Below, piece after piece: positions 33,546 to 40,788 of a stretch of DNA of 54,201 nucleotides (the first letter of the stretch is position 1; the number at the start of each line of letters is the position of its first letter). The position numbers and the translations under genes were made by a program. Origin of the DNA: a virus; the IMG/VR virus record IMGVR_UViG_3300049442_000069. The stretch is one strand, 5' to 3'. Below the pieces are notes generated by a model that had not been told where the DNA came from, ran no database searches, and saw only the letters and a list, made by a program, of their open reading frames with translations.

Positions 33546-34292
33546 TTATTTGCTCCTTATGTTGTTTCTCGCAGCGTCCACCAAAGCCATGAGAATTGTT
33601 TTTCCTTGCGCCTCACCGAACACAATGTCGGCGGCTAATTCATCCGAGACGCCTTGCGCCCGGAAATTTTCCCACGCGAGAAACTTTCGCGGCGACGGTG
33701 TTGGAACCCATTCGTCATGGTCTGGCGCATTCGCCATTTGATTAACGATGAATGCCGCAGCCTCCGGCGACAGTCGGCGCAATAGGCCTTCGTGCGGTGT
33801 GTTGCATTTAATGATGCAATCAAAACGGTCTTGCCATGTGTCCGGCAACTGATCGGGTGAACCGTTCATTGTGGCAATTACTCTGTAACCGTCTTTTGGA
33901 ACGATCACTTCGCCATTGTCCAGACTGAAACGGGCAACGGTTGAATCGTCCAGAACGCTATTCATTGCAGAATCTAATTCTGAAGATGCTTTGTGGATTT
34001 CGTTCACGATCAACGGGCAGCCTTTGAGAGCGGCCCTAGATGCCGTGCCGTGCGCCCAATGTGTCGAACCGTCTTTGAGTAGAAACTTACCAAACAGAAC
34101 ATCGGGAAACTGTCCCGGCGTAAGGGTAATGTCCTCAAATTCGGCAACGAGTGATTGCGCGTATGTTGTTTTCCCGGTTCCCGGAGGCCCATAGTAAAGT
34201 TGGCGTCTCGGCGGGTTGGGTAGTGAGTTAATCAAAGCGGCGACTTTCGGCCAATCTTTGATTGCGATTCCTTCTTTGTTACTTGTTGACAT
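33546..34292 (-). CDS. MoxR/AAA_5-like AAA+ ATPase
   Basis: Track ORF of 248 aa. Walker A YYGPPGTGKTT. Walker-B region PLIVNEIHKA, with Asn where Asp is usual. Then SAMNSVLDD...FSLDNGEVIVPKDGYRVIATMNG, the pattern of MoxR/CobS-type ATPases. Confidence 0.7.
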   Translation of the reverse strand: MSTSNKEGIAIKDWPKVAALINSLPNPPRRQLYYGPPGTGKTTYAQSLVAEFEDITLTPGQFPDVLFGKFLLKDGSTHWAHGTASRAALKGCPLIVNEIHKASSELDSAMNSVLDDSTVARFSLDNGEVIVPKDGYRVIATMNGSPDQLPDTWQDRFDCIIKCNTPHEGLLRRLSPEAAAFIVNQMANAPDHDEWVPTPSPRKFLAWENFRAQGVSDELAADIVFGEAQGKTILMALVDAARNNIRSK

Positions 34293-34449
34293 ATATCGGT
34301 GTTACTTCTTTGCTGCTTTCTGACAGCTTGTTGGTTATGATTGTTATTGCCGATTGCGTGAACTCGCAGAGCATGATTTTTAGATCAGTTTCGCTTGTTC
34401 CTTTGTAGCCTTCGGCGGCTTCGTCTATTAACTGGCTGAGTGTTTGCAT
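34279..34449 (-). CDS. Hypothetical small protein (56 aa)
   Basis: Track ORF 34279..34491. The ATG at 34449 (MQTLSQLIDEAAEGYK) starts 2 nt after the stop of the upstream ORF and avoids a 40-nt overlap. Confidence 0.45.
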   Translation of the reverse strand: MQTLSQLIDEAAEGYKGTSETDLKIMLCEFTQSAITIITNKLSESSKEVTPIYVNK

Positions 34450-34451
34450 TG

Positions 34452-34640
34452 TTATATTTTGCCTCCGTCGCAGATGAAACAAGGTTGGCATCCGGTCTCG
34501 CTACGACCAGTCCCCCCGCATTCCACGCAGAACCCGCCAAGATTCGTCCACCTGTCCGGCAGACTGACTCTCGGCAATGGCGACTTGCCCAAGTTGGGCA
34601 ATTCTTCGACTTCGGTTTCGTTCATCTTTTCTGTTATCAT
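34452..34640 (-). CDS. DnaJ-type zinc-finger miniprotein (two CxxCxGxG-like repeats)
   Basis: Track ORF of 62 aa. Motifs CVECGGTG and CFICDGGK. It is the first gene of the leftward operon. Confidence 0.55.
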   Translation of the reverse strand: MITEKMNETEVEELPNLGKSPLPRVSLPDRWTNLGGFCVECGGTGRSETGCQPCFICDGGKI

Positions 34641-34722
34641 TTGTTACTGATTTAGACAGCATCCCAACCCGTTCGTTCAATCTATGGCAATCTTTTTTTC
34701 GGCTCGGCATCTATTCAAGGTT

Positions 34723-34740
34723 CCCCCCTATAGTCCCCCC
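34723..34740. repeat. Twin homopolymer tracts C6-TATAGT-C6 (G6-ACTATA-G6 on the transcribed strand)
   Basis: Read directly. Lies ~85-100 nt upstream of the 34640 start. Same architecture as 31387-31404. Confidence 0.9.
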
Positions 34741-34799
34741 GTTGCCAAGCTTTTCGGAAACTTTTCCCCGGTTTGCGAGCGGGTTGGTATGCTTCCTGC

Positions 34800-35030
34800 T
34801 CCATAAGACAGTATGACACGACAGAGACACGACGCAGCGCGACAGATCGCCGCGCATTTCGCGGCACTGGGCCGCGCCTCCGGGCAGCGTCGCCGGGAGA
34901 TCGCCGCCGCGCGACGCCGTGCCGGTGCGCCCCCACCCGGCCCGACCGCGACGCGGCCTAGCACAACTCAACCTTTGCCAACCCCGGACAAGGACACCCC
35001 GGACTTGTCGCGGCGTGGCACAACTTGACC
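34800..35030. other. Visibly G+C-rich island in the divergent control region. Contains a doubtful ORF (34813..35028, plus strand).
   Basis: Runs of GCGC/CCGC. The track shows six mutually overlapping ORFs on both strands, which is typical of high-GC non-coding or foreign DNA. The plus-strand ORF reads ...HFAALGRASGQRRREIAAARRRAG... Confidence 0.5.
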
Positions 35031-35046
35031 TTTGGCCGAACCAGGG
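34961..35046 (+). repeat. Direct repeat GCACAACT(C/T)(A/G)ACCTTTG(G)CC(A/G)AACC, two copies ~57 bp apart
   Basis: GCACAACTCAACCTTTGCCAACCCCGG at 34961 and GCACAACTTGACCTTTGGCCGAACCAGGG at 35018. Confidence 0.75.
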
Positions 35047-35085
35047 ATTGCATATTTTTACAACCCGATTGCAAATTTTCACAAT
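35046..35085 (+). promoter_or_regulatory. Tandem operator-like sites GATTGC-N9-CAAY (two copies, 21-bp spacing)
   Basis: GATTGCATATTTTTACAAC at 35046 and GATTGCAAATTTTCACAAT at 35067. Same motif as 43348-43386. A partial inverted copy (TGGCAATC) is at 34685-34692. Confidence 0.55.
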
Positions 35086-35106
35086 CATGCGAAGTTACTT
35101 GGTATT

Positions 35107-35274
35107 ATGACAACAGCAGCATCAGCAACAGCAGTCAAAGACTATTTACGGAAGATCGGCTCCAAAGGCGGAAAGAAAAGCGCACAGCATCCTGACCGCC
35201 CCCGGCTAAATCGAGAGGCAGCAATAGCCCGTTGGAGAGGCCACATGCCCAAACCAAAAGAAATTCCAAAATAA
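35107..35274 (+). CDS. Small basic protein with a GSKGGKK motif (55 aa)
   Basis: In-frame ATG within track ORF 35032..35274, whose listed start is TTG. Sequence: MTTAASATAVKDYLRKIGSKGGKKSAQHPDRPRLNREAAIARWRG... Confidence 0.5.
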   Translation: MTTAASATAVKDYLRKIGSKGGKKSAQHPDRPRLNREAAIARWRGHMPKPKEIPK

Positions 35275-35277
35275 TAC

Positions 35278-35307
35278 TTGCACCTGCCAAGTCGCATGGC
35301 ATATTAA
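35278..35307 (+). promoter_or_regulatory. Sigma70-like promoter (TTGCAC-N16-CATATT) ending 5 nt before the ATG at 35311
   Basis: Read directly. No SD is possible between the -10 box and the ATG. Confidence 0.45.
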
Positions 35308-35310
35308 GGC

Positions 35311-35514
35311 ATGCCAAAAACACCGATTAAGATAACGATTCAGAAATACACTTCGACACTCGCAGGGGATGCTGATTATCGCATCACCCGCATTTGTCGC
35401 GCCATTACCGTTGATGCCGACAGGCGCAACGTCCGTGTTGGCGATCTACTCACCAGCAAAGAGGCCGAGCAGCTAAATCGTTGCCGCGCCTATGAAGTCA
35501 CCGTTGTAGCATGA
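35311..35514 (+). CDS. Hypothetical small protein
   Basis: Track ORF of 67 aa. Confidence 0.55.
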   Translation: MPKTPIKITIQKYTSTLAGDADYRITRICRAITVDADRRNVRVGDLLTSKEAEQLNRCRAYEVTVVA

Positions 35515-35693
35515 GACGCTCACGCGGCCCCAAAATACGGCTCCCCGCATCGTCCTATGAGGAACGGTGCGCGGCGAGAGACAAGGCGACAGGAACACTG
35601 GAACCCTGCAAGCACTCCAACATCTACTGGATTAAGCGAGGCAATTTCCGGTGTCTGGATTGCGGCTTTCAATACTTCGCTAAAGATGAATAA
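35511..35693 (+). CDS. Small zinc-ribbon-like protein
   Basis: Track ORF of 60 aa with an ATGA overlap. Cysteines in ERCAARD...EPCKH...FRCLDCG. Confidence 0.5.
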   Translation: MRRSRGPKIRLPASSYEERCAARDKATGTLEPCKHSNIYWIKRGNFRCLDCGFQYFAKDE

Positions 35694-35828
35694 GCCACAG
35701 GAAACCATTGCAGACTTCAAGCACCGCATCGCGCTTATGATGCGGAAACAAGGAAGGTGGCAAGGTCTATTCCATCATTGGAGCAGCTAGGCCGCACCCT
35801 TGCACAATTCGCAAAACAACAAAACCAC

Positions 35829-35856
35829 TTGACAATACCAACCCGGATGGTATATT
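35829..35856 (+). promoter_or_regulatory. Sigma70-like promoter TTGACA-N16-TATATT, 6 nt before the ATG at 35863
   Basis: Consensus -35 box and near-consensus -10 box, read directly. Confidence 0.65.
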
Positions 35857-35862
35857 AGCAGC

Positions 35863-36102
35863 ATGACAAAGAAACACTTTATTGCACTGGCAGACGCCAT
35901 TCGATGCACGAAGCCGGAACACACCGGAGAATATGACGACGGAACAACCGTTGGCATGATGGAAGAACGCTCCCGGCAGTGGGAGCATGACGTTCGTAGC
36001 TTGGCGGCTTTCTGTGAGTCGCAAAACCCGCGCTTTAATCGCGCAAGATGGATGGGCTACATCAAAGGAACCAACGGCCCGAACGGGGGAACACCGAAAT
36101 GA
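35863..36102 (+). CDS. Hypothetical small protein
   Basis: Track ORF of 79 aa. Confidence 0.6.
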   Translation: MTKKHFIALADAIRCTKPEHTGEYDDGTTVGMMEERSRQWEHDVRSLAAFCESQNPRFNRARWMGYIKGTNGPNGGTPK

Positions 36103-36869
36103 ACATTTTAACAAAAAACCGAATCTTACAGAAAGGCGACGAATACCGCAACAACGGTGAGTGGAAACCAGTCCCGAAGGATAACTACGGGTTGCAGATT
36201 CAATTCACCACCTACAAGGAAGTCCGTCGCCCATCCGAAAAACCAATCTCGCCGGACAGTGAAACGCCAAGGCCGAAAGCGGCGGAAATAGTAACTGCAA
36301 AGGCAGAGAGTGACGAATCTCCCGTAGCTAGTCACTCGGCTACGGGAGACGCCTCTTACTTGCCCACCGTGGTAAGCAAGAAAGCGCACAAGCGTCCATT
36401 CTTAAAGCTTGGCACTCCACAGGACGAACAATTCGGGCTACCACCCGAAGAACGTCCAGTGGATGCACCTACTTATGACCCGACAGGGCCAGCACCATTT
36501 CCACACTTGGAAGTTAAAGCCATACTCGTTCCAATGACACCGGAGCAGCTTAAAATTCAAAAAGGCCCAATCGAGAAAGCCGCCGACAAGGTGGCAGCGG
36601 TTGGCGCGGCATACAACGCCAAAAACGGTCTTGTGAAAATCACGTTCCCGAAGCCTGACCCGACCAATCTGATCGAAATGGAAACCCAACCGATCTGGAC
36701 AGGCAGGAACGGGACGTTCACAGGCTACGGACTGGAAGCAATGCGCGTAAATAACAATGTGATGTTTTCACCGATTGGGAAGCGTGGAGTGGGTAACTGC
36801 GCTATTCAAGTCCCGCTCGCCAGCATCGACGAATTGATTGAGTGGCTCAAAAAGCAAACACCGAAATGA
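36099..36869 (+). CDS. Hypothetical protein (256 aa)
   Basis: In-frame ATG at 36099 within track ORF 36048..36869. It forms an ATGA overlap with the upstream stop (MNILTKNRILQKGDEYR...). Confidence 0.6.
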   Translation: MNILTKNRILQKGDEYRNNGEWKPVPKDNYGLQIQFTTYKEVRRPSEKPISPDSETPRPKAAEIVTAKAESDESPVASHSATGDASYLPTVVSKKAHKRPFLKLGTPQDEQFGLPPEERPVDAPTYDPTGPAPFPHLEVKAILVPMTPEQLKIQKGPIEKAADKVAAVGAAYNAKNGLVKITFPKPDPTNLIEMETQPIWTGRNGTFTGYGLEAMRVNNNVMFSPIGKRGVGNCAIQVPLASIDELIEWLKKQTPK

Positions 36870-37009
36870 GATACTTTGTTTACGTCACACCAGTAAGCGG
36901 CGGCGAGCTACGGACACCGATTGGATTCCGTAGCCGCAAACGTGCCAGACTATACGCGGCGGCTTGCCGTTCAATAGGCCAGAGGGCCAGAATTACACGA
37001 CGAGCATGA
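36866..37009 (+). CDS. Hypothetical miniprotein (47 aa)
   Basis: Hand translation: MRYFVYVTPVSGGELRTPIGFRSRKRARLYAAACRSIGQRARITRRA. ATGA overlaps at both ends. Confidence 0.4.
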   Translation: MRYFVYVTPVSGGELRTPIGFRSRKRARLYAAACRSIGQRARITRRA

Positions 37010-37179
37010 GCGTCACCAGCACCGAGAAACATTTAATCGCCAGAGGATGGAAGAAACTCACCACCCAACAGGCAAAGCGTCTCGTTAAACACGACGACCG
37101 CATTGCGCTGAAGGTGGTGGGTAGCTTGCTTTACGAGTTATACACCCTCAACGGCAGCACCTACATCAGAAGATTATGA
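37006..37179 (+). CDS. Hypothetical small protein (57 aa)
   Basis: In-frame ATG within track ORF 36964..37179, forming an ATGA overlap (MSVTSTEKHLIARGWKK...). Confidence 0.5.
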   Translation: MSVTSTEKHLIARGWKKLTTQQAKRLVKHDDRIALKVVGSLLYELYTLNGSTYIRRL

Positions 37180-37595
37180 CAACCAAAAACACCGAACAAC
37201 AACATCACCCCAGTTGCACAGAGAACGATAAATCTCTAGTGCAGCATTGCAGTCAGTGCGGAATGAACGAACCAGTGGGCGATCAGGTTGTTTGTGCGAT
37301 CTGCAATGAGCGCACCGACAATCTCATGCGTCCCGGAGACGCGGCGAACCTTGTGTTGCACAATGCAAGGCTCAACAAGGAATTGCCCGAAATGCGGAAA
37401 GAGAATCTGCGTCTCATGGCATTCCTACAGGATGCCGCAGCGTTCGTCCGTGTCGCCAACAGTGGCAAGGGAACATGGAACAGCAACATGGTCCTCTCCA
37501 CGCTAATCCACGACATCAACGGTCTGGCCAATGACGAGAAATGTTTCAGCCCCCGCGTCACTGGCTACGCTCAACGGGAGAGGGACGACCAATGA
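37176..37595 (+). CDS. Hypothetical Cys-containing protein
   Basis: Track ORF of 139 aa. Motif CSQCG...CAIC. Confidence 0.55.
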   Translation: MTTKNTEQQHHPSCTENDKSLVQHCSQCGMNEPVGDQVVCAICNERTDNLMRPGDAANLVLHNARLNKELPEMRKENLRLMAFLQDAAAFVRVANSGKGTWNSNMVLSTLIHDINGLANDEKCFSPRVTGYAQRERDDQ

Positions 37596-37786
37596 CCGCG
37601 ATCTACAAAGGCAAGGTTTACAAGACCTACGACGACAATTCATGGGGAGTGAAACTGGAAAGCTTGGAAGCTGGCTCCGATGAACGGATTGCCGTTCCCT
37701 ACACTTCCCCGGACTTAATTCTCGACCCCACTGACGACGAGATCAACAACATCTGCCCCGATTACGAGAACCAGGAACGAGCATGA
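37592..37786 (+). CDS. Hypothetical small protein (64 aa)
   Basis: In-frame ATG within track ORF 37541..37786, forming an ATGA overlap (MTAIYKGKVYKTYDD...). Confidence 0.5.
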   Translation: MTAIYKGKVYKTYDDNSWGVKLESLEAGSDERIAVPYTSPDLILDPTDDEINNICPDYENQERA

Positions 37787-38043
37787 ACACGACAACCGAA
37801 GAACCAGGGATTTACATTCCTAACGAGGATGCCGAAACAGAACGTCCTAGCACAACGCGAGTTTCGCGCGTTATCAACCGAGATTACGTCAAACGGTGGG
37901 CCTTGGATTATGCCCGGACAAACCGATCTCACCCCTTCACCCGCGTTTCAGAGCAGTTTCTGAACGCAATCGAAGCAGCAACCAAAGCGGCAATCCGTGA
38001 CAAGATCGACCGCGCACCATCCAAAGGAAAGACATTACAATGA
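37783..38043 (+). CDS. Small protein with a histone-fold-like (DUF1931-type) C-terminal half
   Basis: Track ORF of 86 aa. FTRVSEQFLNAIEAATKAAIRDKIDRAPSKGKTL resembles the RVS...(helix)...GRKT signature of archaeal histones and bacterial histone-fold proteins. Confidence 0.4.
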   Translation: MNTTTEEPGIYIPNEDAETERPSTTRVSRVINRDYVKRWALDYARTNRSHPFTRVSEQFLNAIEAATKAAIRDKIDRAPSKGKTLQ

Positions 38044-38681
38044 CACCCGATAAAACCGATACAGTAACAGAGATCTCTGAGGCAGCAGCAAAAGAGGCCA
38101 TGCCTTGGAAGTGCCCGAAATGCACGAAGCGTTTCACCAGCAAGGCGGGACTATTCATGCACAACGGCAGAGTCCACGCGAAAAACATCGTGGCGGCTGG
38201 CCAGAAGGGATTCAAACCGAACCCCGACAACAAAAAGAGGAAGCAAAATTATCCATCCGATTCCTCTGCCGTCAAGCGACGGAAATATCAGGCAATGCGG
38301 GACAAGTTTCATGCCATGGGGCTTGATGCCAAAGGTCGCCCCTTCAAGACCGAATACGGCAGGAGAACATCACTAGCCATGCGCGGGAAAGGGCCACAGG
38401 CATGGACGCCGGAACGCAGAGCCAAATTCAAAGCCACTTGGAGAAGGAAAGAGCGGGAGAAAGCAGGAGCGCAACTTCCGGGCGGCAAACTGCACCCTAA
38501 CAGTCTCAGCGCGAAGAAGCGCATTCAATTTGTTTACCCCACCCCCGGCACACCACCGACCATTGAGGAAGCTATCGCTAACACTTGGCCGGAAGACAAA
38601 CCAACCAACATCCGCAAGGTGCGTTACTGCCCCTTCTGCGGAGAACACATCGAAAAACACCTATATGATGAAACACCGTAA
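38040..38681 (+). CDS. Basic protein with a classical C2H2 zinc-finger motif
   Basis: Track ORF of 213 aa. WKCPKCTKRFTSKAGLFMHNGRVH (C-x2-C-x12-H-x5-H) and a C-terminal CPFCGEHIEKH. Confidence 0.6.
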   Translation: MTPDKTDTVTEISEAAAKEAMPWKCPKCTKRFTSKAGLFMHNGRVHAKNIVAAGQKGFKPNPDNKKRKQNYPSDSSAVKRRKYQAMRDKFHAMGLDAKGRPFKTEYGRRTSLAMRGKGPQAWTPERRAKFKATWRRKEREKAGAQLPGGKLHPNSLSAKKRIQFVYPTPGTPPTIEEAIANTWPEDKPTNIRKVRYCPFCGEHIEKHLYDETP

Positions 38682-39153
38682 GAAAAGAGGAAACGGCGGT
38701 TCCCTTGGGATGATACGCAAGTATTTTCCCCAAGTGGAATTCGTCAAGGATGCAACCAAAACCGAGATCGTTGAAGTCACCGTTGCCGACAATGATAACT
38801 CGGAAGTCAAAAGTCACAGAACCTGTGCGCTGGCATTAGCCTGTAAGCGGTTCTTCAAGGCGGATGGAGTCATTATCGGCCTCACAACGTCATGGATTAT
38901 CCGTGGCAAGGTCGCTACTCGATTCCTCAACGCTGCCACAGTCAGCAGGGAGATTACGTCATTCGATCGCAAGGCCGGATTCGACGCTGGTCGCTACCTA
39001 CTCACCCCGGTTCCAGAGACCAGCAGACTCGGAAGGCAGAAAGCTTATGACCCTCACCGCAAGGGAACACGGTCAGGCATCCGGAAATTCCGGCACTACA
39101 CGCGGGGAGTGAGAACCAGTCTCCACGCGCACAACGAACCAGCAGCAGCATGA
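38665..39153 (+). CDS. Hypothetical protein (162 aa)
   Basis: In-frame ATG (MMKHRKKRGNGG...) within track ORF 38530..39153. Overlaps the upstream gene by 17 nt. Confidence 0.5.
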   Translation: MMKHRKKRGNGGSLGMIRKYFPQVEFVKDATKTEIVEVTVADNDNSEVKSHRTCALALACKRFFKADGVIIGLTTSWIIRGKVATRFLNAATVSREITSFDRKAGFDAGRYLLTPVPETSRLGRQKAYDPHRKGTRSGIRKFRHYTRGVRTSLHAHNEPAAA

Positions 39154-39503
39154 ACCACTGTGATGCAGGGCCACCTTCTCCGAGTGCGGAGAGGTTGGCT
39201 AAAAAACTACACGACGACATGAGCGACTCAACACGCATACCACCGGGGGAATGCCCCGAATGCGGCTACCATATTGATTCCACCAGCGCGGCCTACAATT
39301 ACGGTGGGCAGAAGCCTAGCCCCGGGGATATTTCCATGTGCCTTTCCTGCGGCTATGCCTCCATCTTCGCTGCCGATCTCTCGCGGCGAAGGCCGAACAA
39401 AGAGGAATCAGAAGCGATAATGCGTAGCCCGGAAGTGAAAAAGGCTCAACGCGCAAGGGCCGTGGTCGTGGGAAACAAAATCAGGAAGCGCGACAACCTG
39501 TGA
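39150..39503 (+). CDS. Zinc-ribbon protein
   Basis: Track ORF of 117 aa. Motifs CPECG...CLSCG. Confidence 0.55.
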   Translation: MNHCDAGPPSPSAERLAKKLHDDMSDSTRIPPGECPECGYHIDSTSAAYNYGGQKPSPGDISMCLSCGYASIFAADLSRRRPNKEESEAIMRSPEVKKAQRARAVVVGNKIRKRDNL

Positions 39504-39748
39504 ACGCGCTCAAGACATCCTGGGGATGCCTGTTCATCGCCTGTGCCTTGAATGCGGCATTCACTTTCGGGCAGACCCTTGTCCCACAACCCGAAGTCCA
39601 ATTCCAAGAACCACCGTGGCTACAGATGAACGTCCATAATCCGGCCAGAAACCAAAGATTGAAGCCGGAGTGGACTGTCATTGTGACTTCCATCAAACCT
39701 TCGATCAAACAGATCGACGTCAACCATTGGGAGATCTCTTTCAAATGA
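39500..39748 (+). CDS. Small protein with an N-terminal signal-peptide-like segment
   Basis: Track ORF of 82 aa with a GTG start overlapping the upstream TGA. N-terminus: MNALKTSWGCLFIACALNAAFTFGQ. Confidence 0.45.
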   Translation: MNALKTSWGCLFIACALNAAFTFGQTLVPQPEVQFQEPPWLQMNVHNPARNQRLKPEWTVIVTSIKPSIKQIDVNHWEISFK

Positions 39749-40041
39749 AGATCAACAAAACCAAATGCGCCACCTGTCCATGGCGAGAGGATAGTCCCTA
39801 CGCTTACCTTCGCGGCGAATTAACAACGTCTGCCCTTAGTCGCAATTCCCGCATCTGCCACAGCACCGGGAAGGATAACGCCATTCACAAACGCACTGGC
39901 AAGCCGGAGCGGATATGCCGTGGGGCGCGGGACGAGCAGCTACAAATGCTTTCCCGCATTGGATTCCTTGAGGGAGCCACCGATGAAGCGTGGGCCAAAA
40001 AGTGCAAAGAAATGGGAATTATTCCTGACAAATCCTCTTGA
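39745..40041 (+). CDS. Hypothetical Cys-containing protein (98 aa)
   Basis: In-frame ATG within track ORF 39670..40041, forming an ATGA overlap (MKINKTKCATCPWRED...). Confidence 0.5.
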   Translation: MKINKTKCATCPWREDSPYAYLRGELTTSALSRNSRICHSTGKDNAIHKRTGKPERICRGARDEQLQMLSRIGFLEGATDEAWAKKCKEMGIIPDKSS

Positions 40042-40065
40042 CAATGCCAAGCGGTATCGTATCTT
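40038..40065 (+). promoter_or_regulatory. Sigma70-like promoter TTGACA-N16-TATCTT, 7 nt before the ATG at 40073
   Basis: Read directly. It overlaps the 3' end of the upstream gene. Confidence 0.55.
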
Positions 40066-40072
40066 ACCAGTA

Positions 40073-40297
40073 ATGAGAACAAACTACACACTATGGCGAG
40101 CGCAAAACGGCTGGCTGCTTGTGCCGGAAGGAAATTCCGACAAGGCGATCAGCGCGAAAGACGTTGCGGAATGCGTCGTCTTTAAGACGCTCGATGAATT
40201 TGCGAAATTCTCCCCCAAGAGGGTTCGCAAAAGCAGAGCAACACCGAAAACCAAACCAGTAACAACGAAAGAACCCGAACATGCCAATATCACTTAA
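40073..40297 (+). CDS. Hypothetical small protein (74 aa)
   Basis: In-frame ATG (MRTNYTLWRAQNGW...) within track ORF 39920..40297, directly downstream of the promoter. Confidence 0.5.
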   Translation: MRTNYTLWRAQNGWLLVPEGNSDKAISAKDVAECVVFKTLDEFAKFSPKRVRKSRATPKTKPVTTKEPEHANIT

Positions 40298-40538
40298 CGT
40301 CAACGTCGATAAGGTCGATAAAAAGCGATTCTTTGAAGGAAAGAAAGGTCGCTATCTCGATCTCGTCCTTTTTGAAACCCCGGACTCCGAGTATGGAGAC
40401 TACATGGTCAAACAGAGGGGCGACAAAGGGGAGAAGATGCCCATTCTCGGCAACGGCAAATACTTCAAGCCGAAGGATGGAGCCGGAAAGAAATCAACCA
40501 GTGCCGAAGGCGGCGGAGAGAAGGAAGATGCCTGGTAA
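40281..40538 (+). CDS. Hypothetical small basic protein
   Basis: Track ORF of 85 aa. Confidence 0.55.
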   Translation: MPISLNVNVDKVDKKRFFEGKKGRYLDLVLFETPDSEYGDYMVKQRGDKGEKMPILGNGKYFKPKDGAGKKSTSAEGGGEKEDAW

Positions 40539-40782
40539 CATACCAATCGAACAACAGGACAAGCTATGCCGCGAGGCTGGCTTTCCTACCATCACCGAGC
40601 AGCAGGAATACTGGAACAACAAAGAGGCGGCTGACCGTGAAAAGGCAAACCTTCTCCGCGCCGTGGATGCCATGGCCGTGTTCCTCGATGAAATGAACAA
40701 GTCCACCGCGAAGCTGCGGATGGAATTTGAGAAATTAGCCCGGACATACCAACCGAAAGACGAAGATCTTTCACCAGCTTAA
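40528..40782 (+). CDS. Hypothetical small protein (84 aa)
   Basis: In-frame ATG within track ORF 40333..40782, preceded by GGAGAGAAGGAAG (MPGNIPIEQQDKLCREAGF...). Confidence 0.5.
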   Translation: MPGNIPIEQQDKLCREAGFPTITEQQEYWNNKEAADREKANLLRAVDAMAVFLDEMNKSTAKLRMEFEKLARTYQPKDEDLSPA

Positions 40783-40788
40783 ACAATT

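Noticed and set aside
34722-34745. Minus-strand GGGGGGACTATAGGGGGG resembles the ACTATAGGG core of T7-class single-subunit RNA polymerase promoters.
   Set aside because: No phage RNA polymerase gene is present, and the upstream part of the T7-type promoter consensus is absent. It is kept only as a twin G-tract element.
34711-35110. Six overlapping ORFs on both strands in the GC-rich island as real genes.
   Set aside because: Mutual overlap in all frames is what high-GC sequence produces by chance. Only 34813..35028 has any protein-like motif, and even that is weak.
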